DNA from: Coniocarpon cinnabarinum
Lineage: Eukaryota
Reading direction: 5' to 3'
Length of the DNA stretch: 64,000 nucleotides
Assembly (NCBI GenBank): GCA_051942205.1
Contig: JAVECO010000133.1
Span: 1-64,000 of the forward strand
How positions within the stretch are numbered: the first letter of the stretch is position 1; each line of letters opens with the position of its first letter. Shown one piece after another: positions 49,186 to 62,250 of this stretch. Both the position numbers and the translations under genes were made by a program. The notes beneath the pieces are model-generated. The model made no database searches. It was not told where the DNA came from and saw only the letters and a program-made list of their open reading frames with translations.

Positions 49186-49254
49186 CTATCTACTCATAGG
49201 TTCATGCCTTAAATCGCAGGCTGCCTCGAGGAAGATATGAAGGCTCTGAATCAC
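49186..49254 (-). pseudogene. Stranded C-terminal fragment of the acyltransferase gene split by the LINE
   Basis: Reading through the left TSD continues KVLDY in frame as VIQSLHIFLEAACDLRHEPMSR*. Confidence 0.8.
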
Positions 49255-49269
49255 ATAATCGAGCACCTT

Positions 49270-52200
49270 AGCCTCTGTTTTGTTTTTGAAATTCGAGTAT
49301 TTGAACGTGTAAACTATATCAAGAACTACACTCAACTCCTCAGACAGCCCTTAGGCTTGTTTATAGGCCTCCTAGTGGTCCTAGTTTAGTGCCCGACCGC
49401 ACCTAAGATAGCACCGACGACGCGCCTATCCTAGAACTCTTTTATAATCTTTAACAAGGATACACCGCTATCTATCGATATAAATATAATACCTAGAGAA
49501 TAGTAGCAAGAGCAAGAGAGCCTAGCTACTCTCTAGAAAGTTATAGGCAATAAAAGGATTTGTAAACTATTAGCAAAGAAATAGAAAAATAATAAATATA
49601 TATTAATAAATATTATAGAGAAGAATATAGTAGCAACACTTAGCTTACTTATTAAGCAGATTAATAAAATATTAGATTAGATATTATTAATAGAGGCAAA
49701 TATAATAGTTTTAGTAAAGAAAAATATAGAGCTTAAGGCTCTACTTATAAAGCAGAAAGATAGAATAGTTAAAGTAATTTTATAAACTAGATAGAATACA
49801 AGTAGTAGCCCTACTATTATAATTACTCTTATATTAAAATAAATGTCTTATACTAGTATTAGCGTAGCTAGTATAGCGCGTACCTCTAGTTCTATATAAC
49901 TAACTATCCTCTAATAGCAAAGACCCTAGATATATAAGGTCTTACTTAATCTATAGAGTATAAGTAAATTAGCATAGTAAAAAGTAAACCTAGTAGATAT
50001 AAGTATAGTACACTAAAAGATCTAAATAAGCTTTAAAAGCTTTAAGCCGCTCTATATAACTTAAATTTAGGAATTTATAAAATTATAAGATAATAATATA
50101 GTTATAATTAGATTACTTAAAAAAGATAAGAGATAGTTTAGAGATAGCGCTAATACTTAGATATACTAGTACTTTAAAAGTAGCTATATATCTAGCTACT
50201 AGTAGTATCTAATAAAGCTTAACTAAGTTCTAAAGAACTTTATTTTATATAATAGTAAGATTAGAGATAGTCTTAAAGAAGACTTTAGTAAGAAGAATAG
50301 ATACCGCCTAGTAGCAATCTAGCTACTTAGCTAGTAGAAAGACTATAAATAGTACTACTCTATTTTAGTATAGTTTAATAATATTAAGCTATATAATACT
50401 ATATTCTAAAAAATAGAGGTAAGCCTAGAAGATTCTATAGTTTATGCTAACTACTTTAAACGCTAGCTAGTACTAATATAATATATAAAGTGCTACTAGT
50501 TTAGGTATAAAGTAGCTTAATATAGCAACTAAGAGTACTATAGATAGTATAGTTAAAGAGGCTATATATATAAAGACTATACTAATAAGCTATAATATAT
50601 TAATTATAGCTAGGCTTATCTAGCTTAAGTAGCTTAATATATAAAATTTAAGAACTAGCGCTATAATCTATACGTTAAATAAGTATATATTAGACTTAAA
50701 CTATAGAATACTAGCTAATAGAGATAATATAGATACCTAGGACCTTCTTAGTACTTTAATATAATATAGAAAAGTAGAAGCTAGTATATAAAAGCCTTTT
50801 TAATAATAAGACTATATATAACTTTAGCGCTATTATAGTATAGGAGCCTTATTCTTTCTATCTAGTAGGTTAAGGTCTTATTATACTACTAGTAGTATCT
50901 ATATACTAGATATAATATTTCCTTATAGGTCGCCTTTTAGAGTAACTTAATACTTATCTATAATTAGACCGCTATTAAGCCTACTTATAGATAAATAAAT
51001 TAATTAAGGTAGTACTAGTAGTAATTAAGTTAACTAATATTATAGTAGTTATACTATATTTACTAATATAGATAATTCTTCTATTCTTAATATATATTCT
51101 ACCTAGTAGGTTATAAGCAAAGGGGCAAGAAATACTAAAATAGTCTCTATAATTACTCGCTAATATAATTATAAGAACTAGAAACTAATATTCTATTCTT
51201 AATATACTAGTTACTAGAGATTTTAATTAATACGACCTACTCTAGGGTAGTATTAAGGCTATAGAATAAGGCTTATAAGATAAATCTAATATAATCTATA
51301 AGCTTATCTAAGTATATAATCTTTACTCCCTATTTCTAATAGAGACGATTATATTTAAGAGATTAGCTAGATTATTAATAATTAACCTTATTTTTGTATT
51401 AGCTTAACTTGCTAAAGAGGTCTTCTAGTATTTAACTCTTTTTAATAACTATAGATCTAATTACCTCTCTATTTAGATAGTCTTTATAATTAAAGTACCT
51501 ATAGTAACATAAAGCAAAAGCTATAACTTTAGATAGGCTCCCTAGACTAAAATTAACGCCTATATCTTAGAAGAAGTTAAATACTAGAGTACTAGCCCTA
51601 TAGCCAACTTAATAGTTAATTATTAGAAAGTAAGGCTAGTAGAGGTAGTTTAGAAAGCCTTATATCTATACTACCCTAGATATAGACTATTACTATATAT
51701 AAAATACTAGTAGTTAGCTAATCTTATAGTACTATATAATAACTATTACTAGAAATAGAATATAGTACGCTCTATACGTCGCTAGAGTACTAGCTTCTTA
51801 TACCTAGAGCAGGTTATAAGAAAAGCCTTATATAAATAGTTAAAAATAGTTAAGACTAGAAAGAAGGACTACTAGTTATCTTTTCTTAATAATACTAATA
51901 ATATTTAGAGAGCCTTATAGTATCTTAACCTAATAAAGTTAAGCGTATTTATATTAGTACTAGCAATTTAAGTAGATAAGACGCTTTATACTAATAACTT
52001 ATTAATTACTAGCAAATTAATTATTATATTCTTTTTTTAAGTACTAGATACAGCTAAGTAGTAGCAACTACTAGTTTTTAATTAGCTCCCTAACACTCCT
52101 CTAAATAATAATAAGATCTATAGGGCTGTTTTTGCCTATAGTCCTAATAAAGCCCCTAGTCTTAATAGGCTTCCTATATTAGTATAGCAAAAGATATAGG

Positions 52201-54889
52201 AACTGCTTAGCGTCTATATTTACTACCTTTTTAAGAATAGCTTAGCTTAAGTAGAGCTCCTAGGGCTGTAGAAGACCGTAAAAATCGTACCTCTTAAAAA
52301 ATAAGGTAAGTCTAATTATATAGTACCTAAAGTATATTATCTAATTTTATTACTCGCTATATTAGGTAAAGCTCTAGAGTACCTAGTAGCTAAATGTATC
52401 TCTTTTTTAGTTAAAGAGTATTTATTACTACTAGCTATACACTTTAGTAGCCGTAAACAATACTCTATAGTTTAAGTACTAACGTACTTCTAAGAAAGTG
52501 TCTATATAGCATAGTAATAAAGAAAAGTACTTTTAATAGTCTTATTTAATAATAAAGGTACTTTTAATAGGGTCTTAAAAGCCGCTTTTTTTACTTATCT
52601 ATATAGTTAATAAGTCCTAGAGCGGCTAGTACGCTAGATTAATAGCTTCTATTCTAATAGGCAAGTATTAGTGCTTATTAATAGATATAAATTACCTAAA
52701 ACTTTACTATATTAGGCTAGCCTTCTATAGGGTTCGCCCTTATTACCTATATTATTTCTATTCTTTAATACTAACCTAGTACAATATAATATATAAAGGG
52801 GAGGTTCTTTTACCTATATTAATAATTATATAGCTTAGGTAGTAGGAGACTCTACTATAGATAATAGGGTCTAAATTAAAGCTAATTTACTACTATTTCT
52901 TTATAAATAGAAAGTAAATAGTAGTATAACCTTTAAGATAGAGAAGATATAATTTTGCTACTATACATAATATTATAATAAAGTAGATAATTAGTACCTT
53001 ATATTTAAGGATTAAAAGATTTAGCCTACTAGAGATATAAAGCTTTTAGGAGTTATATTTAATTTAGCACTCTATTTTAATAAGTATATTACTAATATAG
53101 TAGTAAAGATATCTAAAGTAGCCCTTATACTATAACGTCTTTAAGGCCTATGCCTAGTTATTACTTATTAACTATTTATCTTAACTATTACACTAGTAGA
53201 GGACTACGCCTTACTAATCTAGTTATAATAGGTAGTATTAGGGCTTCTCTACTAATTTAATAAAAGCTAATATATTACTATAGCGTCTATTATAAAAGAG
53301 TTTTGCTCTAACTTATTAATAGTACTAGAGTATAAAGTAGCTATCGCGTCTTTCTTAGAGCGCTATTTATTATAAGCCTAAGCCTTTTAGATTATAATAA
53401 ATACCTTATAAACTTAATATCTTCTATAAAGATAACATATTAGTTAAAGTAAATAATTTTTAAGCCCTCTATAATATATTTAAGAATAATTTAGTAATAT
53501 AGATACTACCTACCTAGAAATAATTAAACTATATTATATACCTCTATAGAGACTACTACTAAGAGTAGAGGTCCCTTAATAAGAAGAGGTTATTAATAGA
53601 ACTAGTATATAATATATTAGCGATATATTTATAAATACCTTAATTTAAAAAGAGCGTCTAGGCCTAGGTATATAGTATTCTAGAGGCTATTAGGCCTTTA
53701 TCTAGGTTGTTAGCTACTAAGTACTATATATAGGTAAATTACTTGCTATTAAGTAGGCTATAATTATAGTAGTACTACTATACTAGATAGTTAGTCTAGT
53801 TATAGTCTATTTAGATTACTTAGTAGTAATCTAATCTATCTAATAGCTAAAGTATTAATTAGAATAAATAGTTCTACGCTAGATACTTAAATTAGCGTAT
53901 ATATAGATAAACTTCTACTAGTATTCTAGCTACTCTAATATTAATAGCAACAAGTATACTTATTAGCTAGCTAGGTTAGCTATATAATATAAAGAAGAGA
54001 TTTAGGATATAATAAGGTACTACTTAATAGTTAAGAGTAAGATTTATAGATAGAAATTATAACTAGTAGAAGATTTAAGAGTAGATATATATAGTTAGTA
54101 AATTACTAGATATATTAATAAGGCTCTAATAGTATAACTATATCTTAAGAAGCTATATAACTTTCTTCTAAGGTAAAGCATAATAATTCTATATTAGTTA
54201 TATATAGAGAAAGCTAGACTTAATAAGTATCTATTAAAGATTAAGGCAGCTAATAGTAATCTATATAAATATAGATAGCTAAAGATAGTATAATACTTTC
54301 TCTTCTACTGCCTAAGATAGAGAGAATACTATAGTATATTACTTAGTTACTCTTAATTTAGTAATATTATACTCTTTCTTAGTATATACTTAGTAATAAA
54401 ACTACCTACTAGAGAACTAAAAGATAGTCTACTATTAAGGTAGGCTCTAGATCTAGTAGTAGTTACTACTACTATTAAGTACACCTATGCTATAGGGCGC
54501 CTCTTATACTAAAGATAGTACTTACTTATATACGCCTCTCTACTAGCCTACCGCACCTTTGTACTATACTACTAAAGACTAGTATACCTATAAGTATCGG
54601 CCTATAGATTAATAGGCTTTACTATAGAGCTTAGTAGGAGTTTTGCGTTAGATTATACTACCCCTTCTTCTTTTAGTCTACCTTAACCCTATACCTAACC
54701 GACTAACGTATACGTCTAAACGCTCAAATATGTTAAAGCACTGCTTTTTGGCAACTTAGAGACTCTATTTAGTAAGACGAGAATTAAATATAACTGCGGT
54801 TGAGCAGAATTGCTATATATAGTACTTACGTATGCTCATGCCCACTAGGGCGACACGGCACCTGAATCAATCAATCAATCAATCAATCA
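49270..54889 (+). mobile_element. Full-length Tad1-like non-LTR retrotransposon (LINE), inactivated by RIP
   Basis: 15-bp TSD ATAATCGAGCACCTT at 49255-49269 and 54890-54904, and an (AATC)6 3' tail at 54865-54888. The body is AT-rich with abundant TpA and almost no CpA/TpG. Reversing C>T/G>A by eye recovers three gag CCHC knuckles (~50480-50640), APE endonuclease (QEP ~50840, GDFN ~51215, SDH ~51455), RT (KAPGxDG ~52150, YRPISLL ~52335, GLPQGSPLSP ~52720, YIDD ~52815), RNase H (~53625-53970) and a C-terminal Zn knuckle (~54265-54310). Confidence 0.92.
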
Positions 54890-56309
54890 ATAATCGAGCA
54901 CCTTGGATATCAACCTCTTCTCGAAATAAGCAGCATTGACTTCCATGCTGAGATGAAGTTGACCTTTGTAGCTCCAAACGTACGCTACGTTCTCCCCATT
55001 CACGATGTCCACTCCAATGCAGACGTCTTTCACTTCGATTTCTTCTCGATGGGGCTTTACAATTTCATCCAAGACGCCCAGACTACTGCACATGACCTGG
55101 CTAACTGAACCCCGGTTTCTGTTAGCATAAGATCTCAATGTTAAGAGAGACGTGACGGGTCTACCAAGTCTGATGGCGTCTGTGCAGTGAGGCTCTTGGC
55201 AAAGTGAGACGCACTCTCTTACACCTCTTCCCGTACCCAAAGTGGGTCTTTCTCTTGCGCATACCATTCCATGAGGTGACGCGCCCGTTGCAAAAAGGTC
55301 TCATGAGGTTCTGTGTAGGTCGAAAAAGTGGGGAGATACAGTGCAGTCCTGTCCTTGAACCCCTGGTACGGCTCAGTCAGACGTCGTCGCAAATTTACCG
55401 GTGTAATGCACGCCCAGCTACGGTCTTTCTGATCTTCTGGTGCACATGCGTACGTTGCCGCAATCAGAGCAGACTTGAATTGCAGTCGTCACGCTGACAT
55501 TGATTTCTTTGCACGCACTAATGAGCTTTGAAGTTGCTGAGATGCTCAGAGCACGTCGGACGCTCCAGGTATAGGGTGGCACAGACGCCTCATTGTCGTC
55601 CTTCGCTGTCAAGCCAACGCTTGGGTGATGTTCCAGAAAGCGAGACCATTCTGTCTCGACTCGCTTCACAGATTCCGCTGGGGTGTGCTCAGGAGCCTGC
55701 ACTGCTTGCTCTGGTGCCGGAGCCAGGTTCAGCCTCTCAGTCCCGATCATTGGGCGTGCCACAGGACTACTCAACAAAGACGACAACAATTCGAGAAGGT
55801 TATTCAGCAGGTACAGCATTTCTAGTTCGTCAACGCGCCAGTGACTCGTCCGAACTATAATGCAAAATGTTTTCTGCTCATTATCTTGTGGAATCAAGTG
55901 GAGTGTTGCAAAACGGCTGCGAGAACAAGTCAAAAGCACTTCTCGAGCTTGTTCAGTGCTGAACGTCTCCTGTGCCCAACGTCTCCTGTGCCCAATCGTC
56001 AACGTGTTTATCGTCAGGGACAACATAAGTTCGTGTATGCCCATCCAGAGTTGTAGCAATATCTGGGTTTCGATAGCGCATAATTATCCATGCCTCACGC
56101 AGAGACGCTGTCGGATCTCGTCGATGGTTGAGCTCGACAGTCGTCGCGCCATGCAACGCTCAAGGCTCACGTTCTGGAGCCCGTGGGTCGCTTGAGGAAG
56201 AGATGATGTCGAAATTGCTCTCCACAGCACTCGATTCTCGATGGAAACTTGGTCCATTGCCCTGCCAATACATTTTGAATGAGACTCCAATGCGTTGGTT
56301 GGAGGTCAT
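54887..56309 (-). pseudogene. CoA-dependent acyltransferase (Tri3/PapA5-like condensation fold) pseudogene
   Basis: Motifs LREAWIIMRYRNPDIA, SHWRVDELEMLYLLNNLL, SVTTA, PVNLRRRL and SSLGVLD are spread over different frames. Lesions: TGA at 56160-56162, a 16-bp tandem duplication at 55964-55995, a frameshift at ~55475, TAA at 55219-55221, and the LINE insertion. Confidence 0.82.
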
Positions 56310-57005
56310 AGGGCAAATGAAGCGTAAATAGAGAATGCACCCATGCGGCACATGCGTGGCCCCCGCTAATCAATTGCAGACGCCACATGCGTGCTTCGCT
56401 AGGATACCGCGGCATCAAGGACCTCGAAGAGTAACGCTCTCTTTCACATGCTTGCCTTAGCACTGCGCTTGAGGAGATTGAAGCAGCTTCGTTGTGCCTC
56501 ACTAGCAATTCATCCATATATTCTGTCCAAGGTTTGTAATGGGGGAAGCCATCATGAAGTAACATACGTTGGAACATACGCATAGGCCTCATTCTGTGTT
56601 TAAACACATGTTCATCATTTGCGACCGTGCTGGTACGACCTTCACCTTAAAAATGCATCCCCAATGTCAGACCAAAGCTGAGCGTTTTCACAGCATTCAG
56701 AAGCTCGAAACAAAAGGCATCAAAGGAGTGCGGTAACGTTACAGGAAGCATTAATCAAAAGGAAAACGAGAGCCATAGAATTTTCCAGAACATGATTGTC
56801 AAGAGCCAGGGATTACTTTCAAGGCAACGAGTGGAAGATGCCAAAAGCTCGCGTATGAACAATGCTAGACATTTGACGACAGTTGCATTCGCGTTGCAAG
56901 GAGTGGACGTACTCAAAAGAGTACCGAAGCTGACTAAACTGCCAAGGCGATAACGCTAACTGACCGGCAGTACAGCGATTTCCTTCACAGCCCATTCATC
57001 GGTAA

Positions 57006-57279
57006 CTATTGGCTCCGATTGAACTCTCCATGGTACATGTTGGGATCAGTCTGCTCAGCAACATACCCACGCTTTTCATGCCAGGCCTTGCACCATCTGC
57101 AAAAGAGGTCAGCATCCAGATTCCACAAAGGTTCTATGAGACACGCACTTCGTGAATTCCTTCTTGTGATGCTTGGCATGGTCGTTGTTGTTGGCTGACT
57201 TTGCACCATACCATTGATACCAGTGGGTCTTCATATTCTCGTACTCTTCCTGCCCTGCTGCTTGTTGCTGATCGGACAT
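57006..57279 (-). CDS. Small orphan protein (73 aa, 2 exons)
   Basis: Exons 57279-57149 and 57096-57006, with a 52-nt intron GTGCGT..GCTGAC..TGCAG. Product MSDQQQAAGQEEYENMKTHWYQWYGAKSANNNDHAKHHKKEFTKWCKAWHEKRGYVAEQTDPNMYHGEFNRSQ. Confidence 0.6.
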
Positions 57280-59034
57280 GATGTCGGTGAAGAGGACTGA
57301 GTCTTTGGCAGATGTATGCTCTACGCAAAAAAAGACGTTTGTGCATAAAAAGCTGTCAGGAGAAATCGTCTCAGAGCGTGAGATACTATTGATTGATTGC
57401 TGGGTAGTGTTCTGAAGAATAGAAAAGCAGCAAAGGAAAAACATAGCCCTTTTGTAACTGTCGTCAACGTTCTAGCTTCCCGTAAAGACAACTGTCGACA
57501 TGTGTAAGACCTTTGCAATTCCTTTGAACGGTCCCGCTTATGGTCTCTTGATAGCATGGTGCGACAAGTCAAACCTACGTGGCTCACTCTTATTATCGCG
57601 ACGCAGGGGAAAGACCACGACGATGAGCATCGCGCGTCTGCAAATGTCAGACTATTTGCCGTAGGGTCAGCACAAGAAGGGACTTCTGTGCATCTGATGT
57701 GTCGTGTCACTACTGACATCAGGACAGGACGCGCTCTATCCACTACATTGATTGGTAAACCGTTCTTCCTAAATAGTATTTCTCAGCTATAAGCTTACAG
57801 ACTTTCGGAGTCACTTTAGCGAATTCCAAGGTCGACGGGTAACATATTCCAGAAACGGTGCCTTTCCAGGTATATTAATTTCCTTTTGGTCTAGCGTGGA
57901 CAGGTGGTCAACACACTCAACAGGCCCTGAAACGGGCCGTTTTATAGGGCCGTACGGCACTTTGCCGTATGTGTGTGCGATCTAGTCAACTGAGACAGCA
58001 CCCACCAGCCAACTAATTGCCATCAGGGGGACAGCTATCATTTCGATCTCAATCATGATTGCCAAACTTCAAACAGAGAACAGCAAGACCTTGATTTAAG
58101 CGAACATGATCTGAGGAAAGCAAATTTTTAAGAACATTGGGTCGTTCGACTGTCTTTGGCTCATTAACTTTACTCCCATGCCTGCCTTTGCATCCCTGTT
58201 AGGACGCGACAAAGCTCTGATCGCAGCACAGCGATGGCGATTGATTTCGCTTGTACCGCTTTGGTGGGTTCGCTTCATGAAACAGATTCAGAAACGCTGC
58301 TGATGTCTCTGAATGCACGACTATACTTTCACTGACTCGCTTGATCTGTTGCCGTGCCTTGGGTCACCAGCCGTACGAAAATAGTAGAGAATTACTGAAG
58401 GATCGAACAATGGTAAAGACAAGCGGCAAGTGTCTGACACTGCTCTGTTGAAACGATGTTGCAATGAGCCAGCGTGGCCTGTTTCCTCATTCTCGATGGT
58501 GACACTTTGGAGACGTAAACGACTTTTGGAATGTTGAAATCGTGTCTTGCGTGCAAAGTTCCCCACTGTGTCCGCAGCAGCGCGGGCAGTAATGACGAGA
58601 CCACACGGATCGGGTCATGGTCTCAAAACGCTACGCTAGTTTGGGCACTCCTCGCACATTTTCAACCGTGCAGTAGTGGATGTCTCTCCTCAAGGATCCA
58701 TTAGTGACATTTTCCTGCTGTTCACCAGTACGCAGGTAGCTCGACTTTGTCGACAGCTTTTGTGAGTCAATTTTGTTGATGTTCTTTAGTCCACTTCTAA
58801 TTAGACAACCTGGTTAAGAACCGAGTGCTCATCAGCATCATCAGAGCTTCAAGAGAAAGAGAAAGCAAAAGCGAAGTGTGACCCATGGGCCATTGGATAA
58901 AACAGAACAAGCTGATGAGATTTAGCAGGAAGCAGTTCAATCAGCGCAGACCTGTGTTGTCCAGCTAAAGGCAAACACTTCTAGCTCAAAGCCGTTCACT
59001 CCCTCTCAATCAAATTCCAATCTTATTCACACGA

Positions 59035-59135
59035 CCGATGCCCTCGAATACATCCAGATACCTCAAAGACGGTCAGATACCGAGAATCCATTCAGATGCC
59101 TCGTATACGTCCAGATAGCCCAAACACCTCCATAT
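59035..59135. repeat. Degenerate 19-bp-period tandem array with a CAGAT(A/G)C head
   Basis: Heads at 59055, 59074, 59093 and 59112, with weaker ones at 59035 and 59131. Confidence 0.55.
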
Positions 59136-59977
59136 TTGCTAATGTAACGGGCCTACATGAGCGTATACACATTTAACTAGCATAATTATGTACAAGTAAG
59201 GAGCTTTGGCCGCTCTTGCTCCAAGTTTCTAAGAAATAAGAAACACATATGGTGGGATCATCACATGGACCCTGGCCTGTCCACATCATTGAACGCAACA
59301 TAGGTCAGTTCTTTTGGACTAATTTCAGACTTTACACCCATTCAGCACTTTTCAGCTCTTGCAATACCCCCATACTCCTGATTTCAGTCTTAAATTATTT
59401 GAAGAAAGCGTGCAAAGCGTGCGCTGACTGTTGATCATGGTCTGCATGATACGAACTCCTTCACTAATATTAAAAACCATTGAAGACGACATTGAGGAGT
59501 CGCTAGTAACGTCAATAAGCTGCTCTCGGCTTCCACCTCAGGATTAACCTCTCAGTAGAGAGGATGAAAGTGCTGAAGCGAAGTTATACATATCGTTCAG
59601 TACGCTCCAATTGTAACTGTTCTTTCCTCATTGTGCATGCCAGCGCAAAATAACAAGTTGTGGATGAGACAAAGCAAAGTCTGAATTCATATTTGGCTTT
59701 CAGCCCGTCTGCTAGGGCCCATCGATGTAGCCCAGGATTGGTTTCCATCAATAGCTTTGCTGGAAACTCAAAGAATCACTGACGAGACGAGATACGAAAC
59801 AAAATCAACGGTTAACAATAAGATAGTATTTGTCTCGCCAAAGGCGCGCTCGATGATCTACGTAGGTAGCAAGCTTTTGTTACCAAATACCAAGAGACCA
59901 CAAAGTTTCCCCATGAGCGCCACGCTAAAAATCGACGATCCTCATCCCAACGTAAAATGCATAATCAAAGACACCCT

Positions 59978-61495
59978 TTAATCACCCTTCCCACCCATCA
60001 TCTTAGCAGCCTGCACCGCGTTCATCTTCTGCAGATAGCTCGCCGTTGGCTGCACCTTGCGCACTGTCCGAATTTCATCCGTTGAGTACCCAGGAATGCG
60101 AATATTGTACTGGCGCTGTAGCACGAGCTGGATATCTCTGATTTCCAGCATTTGCGAGCCACGCAGCTTCGCGAGTCGACATGCGCTCACGACGACATTG
60201 TCAAAGAACTCGTCCGCGAGCTCGAGAACACTTTCTTCGACTTCTGGGTGCAGCGTTTGTGATGCCGTGCCATCGCCTGCGCCGCAAACCTGACGCACTA
60301 ACTCGTCTAGCTTTTTCTTGTTGAGAACGTGATCGCCTTGGCCATGGAGGTTGTAACTTGGTGGCTGCTGAATCGCGGGCTGGCCCATTGGACCACCAGG
60401 ACCGCTTCCAGGATTTGACATGGTTGGTCGCATCTGGCCCATGGACACTGGCGTCGGCTGCGTTGGCCGAAAATCCTTGTTCATGGGCCACTTAGTGGAT
60501 TTTTCGGTGCTCGGCGTCGTGAAGTTGGCGTTCGTCATTTGGGGCGGGGCAGGCTGCTGCGTGGTACTACCACTGCTGCTGTAAGAGCGTTGGTTTTCCA
60601 TTGCGGCGCCTTGCTGTGAGTAAGGGTTGGGCTGCTGAGCGTTGGGTGGTACGGAGGCCTGAGGTGACTGCTGTGAATAAGGTCCTGCGCTTCCTTGATT
60701 AGGCTGCTGAGGGCGTTGGAACTGCTGATTTTGTTGTTGCGATTGCTGTTGCGCTTGTTGACTCAAAGCGGCAGGTGTAGGTGCTTGTGTTGCAGATGGA
60801 GATGCAGCGTTGCCTGGCCGATTGATTTGTTGCTGAGAAGGACCGGTTTGAGATATTGGGCGTTGCATTTGCGCGTTCGACTGTTGATTGACATTCGAAG
60901 CTGCATTGTTCTGATTCAACTGAGGCCCTTTCGCGTTCATCGCTTGTTGCTGAGATTGGGTTTGCATATTGGTCTGTGCGGCGCGATACTGGTCCTGCTG
61001 TGCTTTGAGAGAATTTATGAATTGTGTTGCCGTACTAATCTGGGCCTCGTACGCCTTTTTCTGCGTTTGAACCGACTCAGGAATGGTCTGACCAGATGCG
61101 CGCGCTTGATTTTCACGTTGTTGAAGTGATTGAAGGCTGTTCTGTCCGCTTCTTTGTAGGAAAAGTTGCTGCGCAAACCTGACTTTTGCCTGTTGCTTGT
61201 AGCCTTGTGGGTTGCTTTGATTAGGTGGGGCAAGGAACGTGTGTGCCTCAGCAGCACGTCGAATTGCCTCAGGAAGCTGATCATAAGGAGGTAATTGCTG
61301 TCCAGTGGATTGGTTCTGTGTAGTTGCAGTTGCCTGCTGCTGCGAACCGCTGTTGACATTTACCTGCCCGTTTGCTTGCCCCGGCTGTCCTTGACTGGGT
61401 GGTCTCTGCATCGGCTGGGACTGTGGGACTTGCGATCCTGGTTGCGGCCCTTGACTGTTCCTTTGCTGCTGTTGCTGCTGGGATTGTTGTTGGGA

Positions 61496-61543
<48 letters not shown>

Positions 61544-61846
61544 CTGTTGCCTCTCCCTGTTATTCCGCATCATATTTTGAACAGCATATGTCAACTGGGT
61601 AAGCTTCGAGACAGCTTCCTGGTACCCAGGATCAGTGGGCGGTTTGTTCTGCACATGGTGCCAAAAAGACGTTGCCCCATCTATGTACTTCTTTCTAGTT
61701 TCTTCTGAGAATCCGGGCATCCGCGCTATCACATCTGGCTTTACAAGCTGGTTGAGTGGCAGCTTGGGTTGCTGCTGCTGAGGCTGCTGAGGCTGAGGCT
61801 GCCCCGAAGTTGGAGCCTGCTGCTGTGTCTGCATGCTTTCTGCCAT
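59978..61846 (-). CDS. TAF12: TFIID/SAGA subunit TAF12 (Q-rich N-terminus, C-terminal histone fold)
   Basis: [68 protein letters not shown]. Confidence 0.95.
61463..61549 (-). repeat. CAG/CAA microsatellite encoding the TAF12 polyglutamine tract
   Basis: (CTG)n/(TTG)n run on the plus strand, giving a Q run interrupted by Ser. Confidence 0.9.
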
Positions 61847-62250
61847 CTCGCAGCTACTGGCCTCGTGCCTCAAGCTTTAACAAACGAAGCTGAGTGGCGT
61901 GTGTCTTGGAGGGGGAAAAGCGCCTTGGGCGCAGGTGCAGAGAGCGCGACCAGGGTAAGCAAGAACAAGGAGCTCAAGTCGAATGATAATCATAAGGAGA
62001 AACGATTGACAAGTCGTCTAAGCGCAACAGCGACGTTGTCACTAACGGTAGAGGAGAGGCATTGATGAATGACCGAATGCATGCCCTGCCGCAATCCGTA
62101 CCCAAAGACGTCGATATCGGACAGTGATTACGTCACCTTGCTATTACATTGTCTGCGCTATGGAACGCCCAACGCGTCGTAAGTCAGGGAATACTAGAAT
62201 TCTAACGCAAGCCATAATCCAGCCTGCATAGCCATCGCGCGAACAGCACG

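Noticed and set aside
49270..54889. AT-rich ORF-less block as centromere, organelle insertion or contamination
   Set aside because: TSDs, an (AATC)n tail and ordered gag/APE/RT/RNase H remnants explain it fully as a RIPed LINE.
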